A stretch of DNA of 56,308 bases, taken from contig JBEDDM010000002.1 of assembly GCA_041176225.1 (NCBI GenBank), positions 1 to 56,308 on the forward strand, written 5' to 3'. Under the pieces are notes generated by a model. The model searched no databases and was not told where the DNA came from. It saw nothing but the letters and a program-made list of their open reading frames with translations. Positions 29,989 through 37,432 of the stretch are shown here, in pieces; position 1 is the first letter of the stretch, and each line of letters starts with the position of its first letter. The position numbers and the translations under genes are program-made. This stretch comes from Chloroflexota bacterium. GTDB lineage: Bacteria; Chloroflexota; Limnocylindria; Limnocylindrales; Limnocylindraceae.

Positions 29989-30462
29989 CTACTTCTCGCC
30001 GCGCAGCGCCTTCGCGATCTGTTCGCCGTGATCTAGTGGATGTTTCGAGTAACCCGCAAGCCAGTCGGCGATCGTGTACCTGCCGCGTTCCGTATGCTCG
30101 CCATAACGCGCGAGATCTTCGTCTTCAAGGTGCTGCAACACGGCGAGTGAGCCGGCACGCACCGCAGCAAACACCGCAAGTGACGTGTCAATCGGATCGC
30201 GCTCGTACCCGAGTGCAGGGTGTGCGGCCCAGAGACCTTCGTCGTACCCCTGAATGATTGAACCGAGCGGCTCAGCTACGAGTCGCCGCAGTCGTGCGTA
30301 TGACTGCGCCTCGCTGTCCGCGACGTGATGGATCACCTGCCGTGGCGACCACCCTTCCGGGTGCTTGAGGTCGAGTGTCGCTGGATCAAGCGCGGCAGCC
30401 TGCTCAAGAAAGGCGCGGGTTGCAGACTCGTAGGCGGCGACGCGTGGCGCGTTCAGCTTCAC
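29989..30462 (-). CDS. DinB-family (DinB_2-like) metal-dependent protein
   Basis: Four-helix-bundle-type sequence containing VIHHVADSE. GTG 30462 overlaps the upstream TGA (GTGA) and is preferred over 30516. Confidence 0.65.
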   Translation of the reverse strand: MKLNAPRVAAYESATRAFLEQAAALDPATLDLKHPEGWSPRQVIHHVADSEAQSYARLRRLVAEPLGSIIQGYDEGLWAAHPALGYERDPIDTSLAVFAAVRAGSLAVLQHLEDEDLARYGEHTERGRYTIADWLAGYSKHPLDHGEQIAKALRGEK

Positions 30463-31202
30463 TTTCCCGCGACCCAGGTGATCATGTTCGCCATAAGTGG
30501 GGCGAAGCCCTCCCACTTCACGAACGGCTCAGGGCACCAGTGCGGCCCAATGTCTGACGTCCAGACGAGCGATCGACCCTTGCCGACCTGAGATGCGGCA
30601 ATCAGTGGATCGCCGTTCACCGAAGCGATCAGCGTTGCACCTGACTTCAACTGCACGCGGTTGTATCCGAGCAGCGCTGGCATGCCAGATGGAACGCCGG
30701 CAAGGACCGGGTGCGCAGCATCGTTGATCACAGGGACGGCACCTTCGGGAGTCTCCGCGCGATCATCGTGCGTGTAGCAGGTCACAGGGAGCACCTCTTC
30801 AACGGCGGTGCCCGCGAAGCGCGCCTTCGCCTCAAAGCCTTGGAAGCTGAGGTATCCGCCAGCCATGATCAGCGCCCCGCCACCCTTCACCCACTCAGCG
30901 AGTAGCTTCAGCCGATTCGGCGCGGACTTCCCCTGCAGCCACGTCTCTGTTGGGAGCAGGAATGAATTTGTCCCAATGTCAGAGAGGACGATCACGTCGT
31001 AGGCGTCAAGTCCCTCTTTTGTGAAGGGAAACTTCGCTGGGACATCGTGCGCATAGAGTTGCTCAACCTCCATCCCCTTGCTTCGCAGTGCCGCGTTGTA
31101 CCAGTCGGCGCCCGAATGGAAGGAGACGGACGTGAAGGAGTCAAAGCCCTTGTAGTGCGTTGCCTCAGATACCCATGACTCTCCAACAAGTAAGACCTTC
31201 AT
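30459..31202 (-). CDS. GATase1-like / ThuA-like fold protein of unknown function (247 aa)
   Basis: MKVLLVGESW N-terminus, DVIVLSDIG and GGGALIMAGGYLSFQG, a flavodoxin-like class-I amidotransferase-like pattern. No obvious Cys-His-Glu triad recognised. Confidence 0.5.
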   Translation of the reverse strand: MKVLLVGESWVSEATHYKGFDSFTSVSFHSGADWYNAALRSKGMEVEQLYAHDVPAKFPFTKEGLDAYDVIVLSDIGTNSFLLPTETWLQGKSAPNRLKLLAEWVKGGGALIMAGGYLSFQGFEAKARFAGTAVEEVLPVTCYTHDDRAETPEGAVPVINDAAHPVLAGVPSGMPALLGYNRVQLKSGATLIASVNGDPLIAASQVGKGRSLVWTSDIGPHWCPEPFVKWEGFAPLMANMITWVAGK

Positions 31203-31218
31203 CGCTCCCCTTCTGCGC

Positions 31219-32259
31219 TTAACGCGCCTCTTCAAACAGTCTGCGCGGATTGTCCGTCATAAGTTCAAGCGAACGCTCGAGTGGCAGACCGTGCCGCTCG
31301 AGGCGCGGCAGGAAGAACTCAATCAGATGTCCGTAGCCTGGGCCACCGTATGTGCGCAGCAGGCTCTTCAGGAAGATGTCCTGTGACATGAGTACGCGCG
31401 CGCCGTGTCCGTTTGCAACGAGGCGTGCGATATTGCGCGCGTCGTCGTCTCCACTCGGGCACTGGGCCTGCTGATCTGCATAGAAGACCTCCATGCCGAT
31501 CATGTCGTACTGGATGTATGCGCCGCGGTTAATCAGTCGTGACTGGTAGTCATAGTCGTCACCAGATGGATTGGAGTGGCAGAGGACGATGCTCTCCATC
31601 GGCACGCCACGCGCGGCGCAGAAGTCGAGGACCTCATCGCCGTATCGGAACCAGGCGGGCATGTGGACCTGCATGGGGAGGTGCGTCTCGCGCTGTGCGA
31701 CGCATGCGGCGGCGAGTGACTTCTTCTCGCGTGCGGTGAAGCTGCTCCCCACGCCGATCTCACCGATGATGCCGGAGCGCACCTTTGTCCCGCGCGCACC
31801 TTCGGTGATGTCGCGGATGATCTCCTGCGCAATATCGCGCTCACTCTTCGCATCGTTCTCCGCAGGTTGCGATGCATCAAGGTAGTAGCCGGTTCCCATG
31901 ATGATGTTGAGGCCAGTCGTGCGGCTGATCTCGGCGAGCCCCTCTGGGTCTCGGCCGTTGCCGTCCGCACTCGTCTCAATGATGCTCTTTCCACCCTGCG
32001 CCACGAATCGCTGCAGCTCTTTCACCGCGAGCGCGCGGTCGGTCATCGTGCAATTGTCCTTGTTGACAAACGGATCGTGACGTAACTCCCACAGGTTCTC
32101 CATGGAGACCTTCTCGTCAACAAGCGCGCGTGCGCGCGGCGAATCGTTGAGCGGCGGATGCCACCACGAGAGCACGTCGTTCAAGATGTGTTCGTGAGTC
32201 AGCGTCAGACCAAGCTGCGCGGAATCAATAACGCCTGTGACGGTTTGGATGTTGCTCAT
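31219..32259 (-). CDS. phosphotriesterase-family (PTE/Php-like) amidohydrolase
   Basis: GLTLTHEHIL N-terminal metal motif in a ~345-aa TIM-barrel-type hydrolase. ATGA overlap with the upstream MFS gene. Confidence 0.85.
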   Translation of the reverse strand: MSNIQTVTGVIDSAQLGLTLTHEHILNDVLSWWHPPLNDSPRARALVDEKVSMENLWELRHDPFVNKDNCTMTDRALAVKELQRFVAQGGKSIIETSADGNGRDPEGLAEISRTTGLNIIMGTGYYLDASQPAENDAKSERDIAQEIIRDITEGARGTKVRSGIIGEIGVGSSFTAREKKSLAAACVAQRETHLPMQVHMPAWFRYGDEVLDFCAARGVPMESIVLCHSNPSGDDYDYQSRLINRGAYIQYDMIGMEVFYADQQAQCPSGDDDARNIARLVANGHGARVLMSQDIFLKSLLRTYGGPGYGHLIEFFLPRLERHGLPLERSLELMTDNPRRLFEEAR

Positions 32260-33542
32260 GCACGGAGCGTAGCGCGGCGGCGGTGAAGCAGCGCGGCTGA
32301 GACCACGCCCGCGGCGAGTAATAGCGCCGATGCGGTGAAGATTGGGGTGAGCGCGAGAAGGTCCCCTTCGCGTGGAGAACCAGCGCGTGCGGCGATGGAG
32401 GCTGCGGCGAGCCCTGCAACATTTCCTGCGTACAGCGGAAAGAGTGAGAGGCTGAGCGCGGCCGAGCGACGCACGGGGGCAACGCGCTCCGCAAGCCAGG
32501 TGAAGACTGCCGCCTGCAAGAGGGCGGAGACGGCGGCGATCACGGTGACGGCGGCGGCGAGGAGCGGCAGCGTTGGCGCCACGGCGAGTGCGGCAGCGGC
32601 TACCGCGCCTGCGGCGAAGGCAGCCCCCGCGCTGCGCGCGATTCCAACGCGGCGGAAGGCGTAGAAGGCGATCGCTGGCGCGGCAACAGCACCGGCGAGT
32701 GCGGTGAGGCCGATCAGCAGCCCAACGGCTCCAGCCACTCCTGGGGTCGCGAGCGGCTCCGCCATCCCCGCCACGTCTGGTCCAATCGAAACTTCTGCAA
32801 TGCGCAGCGGTAGCGCAGGGCGGAGCATGCGCTCTCCCGCAATCGCCAACATCAGCACCAGGTAGCCGGCACGCGCGATCGGGTCCGTGAGCACCTCTAC
32901 GATGCCGCGCTTCGCAACCTGGAGCACACTCCCTCGCTGCGGAACTTCGGGACGCACATCAGGAATCGCGACAACGTTTGCCACGATGAGGACGCCGTTC
33001 AGAAGCGCCGCAACAGCGATCGGTGCGGCGAGTGTCAGACCGAGACCGCCGATCAGCCATGCCGCAAGGAGCGGTCCTGCGGCGAAGCCCATTGGCGCCG
33101 CGGCGCTGAAGAGCGAGATGGCACGCGCACGCTCGCTCGCTGGCGCAACTTCACGAATCGTGGCGAGCATGACGCCGGTGTTGCCGAGCCAGAAGCCGAG
33201 TGCCACGGTCGCGGCGACGAGCTGCCACGCCTGATCGGCCACCGCGAACGCGATCAGTGCGACCAGCGCAATCAACCCGCTGCGGACGATGACGAGTCGA
33301 CGAGAGCGGAGCTCAGCGATTGCGAGCCAGATTGGTACTTGCGGCGCACCAATGACAAAGAGACCTGCGATTGCGATGCCGGTCAGCGAAGCGATGTCGC
33401 CGATCGGCACGCCCGTCCCCTCCAGCGCGAGTGGAAGGTACGAGTAGATCATGCTCACCCCGAAGATCTCGGCAAACTGCACCGCGATGTAGACCGCAAC
33501 GATTCGTCGCCAGGCGGGATGGCCTTCACGCGCGCGACTCAC
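32256..33542 (-). CDS. MFS transporter (428 aa)
   Basis: About 12 hydrophobic helices. GTG 33542 overlaps the upstream TGA (GTGA). The ORF-track start at 33626 would overlap 88 nt. Confidence 0.8.
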   Translation of the reverse strand: MSRAREGHPAWRRIVAVYIAVQFAEIFGVSMIYSYLPLALEGTGVPIGDIASLTGIAIAGLFVIGAPQVPIWLAIAELRSRRLVIVRSGLIALVALIAFAVADQAWQLVAATVALGFWLGNTGVMLATIREVAPASERARAISLFSAAAPMGFAAGPLLAAWLIGGLGLTLAAPIAVAALLNGVLIVANVVAIPDVRPEVPQRGSVLQVAKRGIVEVLTDPIARAGYLVLMLAIAGERMLRPALPLRIAEVSIGPDVAGMAEPLATPGVAGAVGLLIGLTALAGAVAAPAIAFYAFRRVGIARSAGAAFAAGAVAAAALAVAPTLPLLAAAVTVIAAVSALLQAAVFTWLAERVAPVRRSAALSLSLFPLYAGNVAGLAAASIAARAGSPREGDLLALTPIFTASALLLAAGVVSAALLHRRRATLRA

Positions 33543-35098
33543 AGTTCGCCTCGCTGGGCGCGCGCTCGGATCAGCTTCGCCTCTTCGAGGATCGCGGTGC
33601 GTACCGTCTCTTTTCGTGACTCCCACGATCGCACCTGGCGAGCCATGCGCGGGTTCTTCACAAACCGCTCCGCATGTCGATCAATGAAATCCCAGTAGAG
33701 CGTGGTGAATGGACAGGCGCGGTCGCCAGTAGAGATCGTTGGATCGTAGGCACATGCCGAGCAGTCGTCCCCCATGCGTGAGACGTACGCGCCGCCTGAG
33801 ATGTACGGCTTGCTGGTGATCTTTCCTAGGTCTGCGAACTGACTCATTGCCACCACGTTGGGGGTCACCACCCAAGGGTGCGCGTCAACGAATGTCTCAA
33901 GGAACCACGCATCCACCTCTTGCGGGCGCACGCCAATCAGCAGTGCGAAGTTTCCGAGCAACATCAGGCGCTCAATGTGGTGTGCGTGGCCGCCGCTGAT
34001 GAGCTTCCGAACGACCCGAGAGATGCACGCCATCTTGGTCTCGCCGCTCCAGTAGAACGAAGGGAGCGGTTCTGTGTGGTTGAGTCCGTTTGACGTCTCC
34101 CACTCCTTCCAGAATCGATCGTAGGCGTGGTGCATGAACTCGCGCCAACCGAGAATCTGTCGGATGAACCCCTCAATTGACTGCAGTGGAATCTCAGTCG
34201 GGCGGCGTGCGAACTCATCTAGTGCACGGATGCTGATCTCGTGTGCGGTGAGCAGGCCAAGATTCATCGCACTTGAGAGGAGTGAGTGGTAGAGGTGCTC
34301 GTGCTCACGAGACATCGCATCCTCGTACGGACCGAAGTCCGCCAGACGTTCCATGCAGAAGCGCTCAAGTGCTTCAAGGGCTTGCCCTCGATTTGTAGGC
34401 CACCCAAACGAATCAACCTCGCCGAAGTGTGCCGCCGATTCGGCGCGCACCTCGTTGATCACTTCCTGCGCAGTCTCTGTTGGAGGGAAGTGCGGCGCGC
34501 TCGGTACCACCGCCCCCTTTGGCAGGCGGCGGCGATTCTCCTGATCAAGGTTCCATACGCCCCCCAGCGGTTCGTCGCCTGCGCCGGGCTCCATCAGCCA
34601 TCCGCGCGCCTTACGAACGCGGCGATACCAGAACTCCATGCGCAACTCCTTGCGTCCGCTCGCAAACTCCTCCCACTCATCGCGCGTGGTCAGCCAGAGC
34701 TCGTTCGGCACAATGCTGAGCTGCACACTGGTCTTCTTAGCCCAGGTCTGCATGCGCGCGGTTAACTGCGGTGCGGCAGGTTCCATTGCGAGCAGGTGCG
34801 TGATCGGTGCCTGTGCGTGCGCCGCGGTGAGCCCCTCTTCGTAGGTGGCGGCGCGGAGCGCCTGTACGTTGAGACCTCGTGCGCGCAACTCCGCAACGAA
34901 CTCGCGTCCGGCGCTGCGCTGCGCAACGAGTGCCTGCACGTGTCTCGGTGCTGTCTGCGCGTCGAGCGACTCAATGAAGATCACCCCTGGCGCGCTGGAT
35001 ACGTCCAGTAGCGCAGCATGAATTGGACCCACCTGGTCGGTGAGTTGATCTGGAAGAACGAGAACGTGCGAAGCGACGCTCACTTGGCCGACCGGCAC
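33539..35098 (-). CDS. FeS-BCP / PhrB-type cryptochrome-photolyase family protein (bacterial (6-4) photolyase class)
   Basis: VLVLPDQL N-terminus. C-terminal GDDCSACAYDPTISTGDRACPF gives C-x2-C-x12-C, the spacing of three of the [4Fe-4S] ligands in A. tumefaciens PhrB (C438, C441, C454) as I recall it. Confidence 0.85.
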   Translation of the reverse strand: MPVGQVSVASHVLVLPDQLTDQVGPIHAALLDVSSAPGVIFIESLDAQTAPRHVQALVAQRSAGREFVAELRARGLNVQALRAATYEEGLTAAHAQAPITHLLAMEPAAPQLTARMQTWAKKTSVQLSIVPNELWLTTRDEWEEFASGRKELRMEFWYRRVRKARGWLMEPGAGDEPLGGVWNLDQENRRRLPKGAVVPSAPHFPPTETAQEVINEVRAESAAHFGEVDSFGWPTNRGQALEALERFCMERLADFGPYEDAMSREHEHLYHSLLSSAMNLGLLTAHEISIRALDEFARRPTEIPLQSIEGFIRQILGWREFMHHAYDRFWKEWETSNGLNHTEPLPSFYWSGETKMACISRVVRKLISGGHAHHIERLMLLGNFALLIGVRPQEVDAWFLETFVDAHPWVVTPNVVAMSQFADLGKITSKPYISGGAYVSRMGDDCSACAYDPTISTGDRACPFTTLYWDFIDRHAERFVKNPRMARQVRSWESRKETVRTAILEEAKLIRARAQRGEL

Positions 35099-35256
35099 GC
35101 ATCGCTGCAGTACTTCACCTCACTCCAAACCTTTGCCCAGCGTCGGCGCCACGAGAAGGGTCGACCGCAAGACGCGCAAATCTTCTCGGCGCGAAGGCTC
35201 GGCGGGACATGCCGAGACGCGTCGTGCGTTTCGCGCGTACTCCTCTTATTCGCCAC
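35080..35256 (-). CDS. DUF2256-type zinc-ribbon protein (about 58 aa)
   Basis: C-terminus ICASCGRPFSWRRRWAKVWSEVKYCSDACR matches the DUF2256 pattern. The only plausible start in frame is GTG 35256-35254. The rest of ORF 35080..35403 overlaps phr and is rejected. Confidence 0.7.
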   Translation of the reverse strand: MANKRSTRETHDASRHVPPSLRAEKICASCGRPFSWRRRWAKVWSEVKYCSDACRSAK

Positions 35257-36766
35257 GGGGTGCGGGGAGTCCCTTGACGGCACGCGCGTACGCCTCCAGC
35301 GTCCGCGCTCTCGCCACTGCGTGATCAACGATCGGCTCTGGATAGTGCACGCCGAGCGTGATTCCGGCCGCCGCGAGTGCTGCGGCGTGTGCCCACGGTG
35401 CATGGATCGCGGGTGCCTTCAGTGCCGCAAGTTCGGGGATCCAGCGACGCACATATGCACCATCCGGATCAAAGTTGCCCGCCTGAGTGACGGGATTGAA
35501 GATGCGGAAGTACGGCTGCGCATCGGTTCCACTCCCCGCCGACCACTGCCATCCGCCGTTGTTCGCCGCCACATCTCCATCCACGAGATGCTGCAAGAAG
35601 TGCGCCTCGCCCTTTCTCCAATCAACGAGAAGGTCTTTTGTCAGGAATGATGCGGTGATCATGCGCGCGCGATTGTGCATGAAGCCTGTCTCGCGAAGTT
35701 GTCGCATGGCCGCGTCCACAATGGGGTACCCCGTGCGTCCGTCACGCCACGCGTTGAACGTTTCTTCGCGCGTATCCCACTCAATCGCATCGTACGCAGG
35801 CTTCCAGGAAGATCGTGCCGCGTGCGGTGCGTGCCAGAGCACCTGGGTGTAGAAATCACGCCAGGCAATCTGGCTCACCCAGAGCCGCTCGCCAGATCGT
35901 TCCCCTTCACGCTCGGGTGGGAGCGGGAGCAGTCGCGACACGAGCTCGCGCGGCGAAAGCAATCCAAGATGAAGTGCCGCGGAGAGTCGACTCGTCCCCT
36001 CTTCATCTGCGAGCGTGTTTCGTCGTGCGGCGTAGCCGTTCGCGCCGTTGCCGCGTGCGGCGGTGATCCAGCGCTCTGCCGCGGCGCGGGCAGCGCTCTC
36101 GCCAGGCACAGGGAGAAGCGCGACCGTTGCTGTTGGCTGTGCTGCGCGCTCAATCGCGGCGTGGTTGGGTTGCAGCGCTGGGGGAAGTTTCAGTGATGGT
36201 GGCGCGGGGAGTGTTGCTGGTGCGGCAAGAGTCCGCTCGTTGTTCAACGAGACGCGCTCAAGCCAGCGGCGGAAGTACGGCGTGTACACCCCGTAGGCGG
36301 TTCCGCCACCGGTGAGTAGCTCGTCTGGTTCGACAACGGTGAGGCCACGTGTGGCGTGCACGCTGACGCCACGCGGCGCAAGGAGCTCCGCCACCGCACG
36401 ATCGCGCGCACGAGCGTACGGCGTGTGATCGCGCGTGAAAAAGAGTGCGATCTCGTTTGCAGCGGTGCCGCTCGTGGTGAGGTGTTGCACAAGTGCAGGG
36501 AGCGCGCTCGATCCGGGCCCCTGCACCTCCAAGAGTGTGGAACCGCGCGCCTCAAGTTCGTGCGAAAGTTCGCGCAGGCTCTCGCGCAGGAACCAGGTGC
36601 GATTTGCGCTCGCGCGACGACCCGCAAAGACTCCTGGCTCCCAGATGAAGATCGGCAGGAGCCTGCCGCTTGTTTCGTGCGCGTGGGCTGCGGCGGCAAC
36701 CAGCGCAGGGTGATCGGCGAGACGGAGATCGCGACGCAGCCAGAGGATCGTGATGGGAGCACTCAT
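35246..36766 (-). CDS. phr: deoxyribodipyrimidine (CPD) photolyase, class I
   Basis: ILWLRRDLRLADHPAL N-terminus and TGYPIVDAAMRQLRETGFMHNRARMITASFLTKDLLVDWRKGEAHF ... NNGGWQWSAGSGTDAQPYFRIFNP. Confidence 0.94.
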   Translation of the reverse strand: MSAPITILWLRRDLRLADHPALVAAAAHAHETSGRLLPIFIWEPGVFAGRRASANRTWFLRESLRELSHELEARGSTLLEVQGPGSSALPALVQHLTTSGTAANEIALFFTRDHTPYARARDRAVAELLAPRGVSVHATRGLTVVEPDELLTGGGTAYGVYTPYFRRWLERVSLNNERTLAAPATLPAPPSLKLPPALQPNHAAIERAAQPTATVALLPVPGESAARAAAERWITAARGNGANGYAARRNTLADEEGTSRLSAALHLGLLSPRELVSRLLPLPPEREGERSGERLWVSQIAWRDFYTQVLWHAPHAARSSWKPAYDAIEWDTREETFNAWRDGRTGYPIVDAAMRQLRETGFMHNRARMITASFLTKDLLVDWRKGEAHFLQHLVDGDVAANNGGWQWSAGSGTDAQPYFRIFNPVTQAGNFDPDGAYVRRWIPELAALKAPAIHAPWAHAAALAAAGITLGVHYPEPIVDHAVARARTLEAYARAVKGLPAPRGE

Positions 36767-36787
36767 CGTGCGGCGATCATCCCACGC

Positions 36788-37426
36788 TCAGCGCGGACTT
36801 GGCGTCTCAAGATCCTCGGGTGAATCAATGTCTGCGAGCGCGGCGCCGAGTGGGTCAAGTCGGCTCACGATGCGGGGATCGAGCGGCGCGGCGCCGAGTG
36901 CCGCCGCAAGATCGCGGAGGCGAGGGAGTTGACCGTCGCGCACCGCTTTGCGGAGTGCACCGAGCGCTGCGGCGAACGGGAGCGGCTCACCCTCCTGAAC
37001 GATCAGGCTCCCCTGCGCCGCAGCCATCAGCCCCAAGAGAAGTGGCGGTGCGAACGGCGCGTCGGCGGCGAGGACGATCACGCGCGTTGCATCCCCGTGA
37101 TCTCGGAGTCGATCGCTTGCCAGCAGATCGGCGAGTGCCGCCGCTGGCCCCGCATGCATCACGCGGTCCGTCACCACCGTCACCGGATGAGGGGGCGATG
37201 CATCGCCGAGCACATAGATCTCGGAGACCGCTGCAGCGAGCGTTGCGTACGCAGCGTCAAGGACTCGTACTCCTGCAAGCTCAGGGCGACCTCGCAGATC
37301 AGCGAGCGTCGCTGGAATGAGCACGTCAAGCTTTCCGCCAGGGAATCGACGGCTTGCGCCACCAGCAAGAAGGATGCCGATCGCGCCGGCTTGGACGCTC
37401 TCTGGTGCGCTCCCCGGCGCCATCAC
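36788..37426 (-). CDS. mobA: MobA-like molybdenum cofactor guanylyltransferase
   Basis: GILLAGGASRRFPGGKL nucleotide-binding N-terminus. 212 aa. Directly downstream of the molybdoenzyme gene. Confidence 0.65.
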   Translation of the reverse strand: MMAPGSAPESVQAGAIGILLAGGASRRFPGGKLDVLIPATLADLRGRPELAGVRVLDAAYATLAAAVSEIYVLGDASPPHPVTVVTDRVMHAGPAAALADLLASDRLRDHGDATRVIVLAADAPFAPPLLLGLMAAAQGSLIVQEGEPLPFAAALGALRKAVRDGQLPRLRDLAAALGAAPLDPRIVSRLDPLGAALADIDSPEDLETPSPR

Positions 37427-37432
37427 CGACTG

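Noticed and set aside
35018-35650. 210-aa plus-strand ORF
   Set aside because: It is antisense to the DUF2256 and CPD photolyase genes. It has no motif and a Cys/Arg-rich composition.
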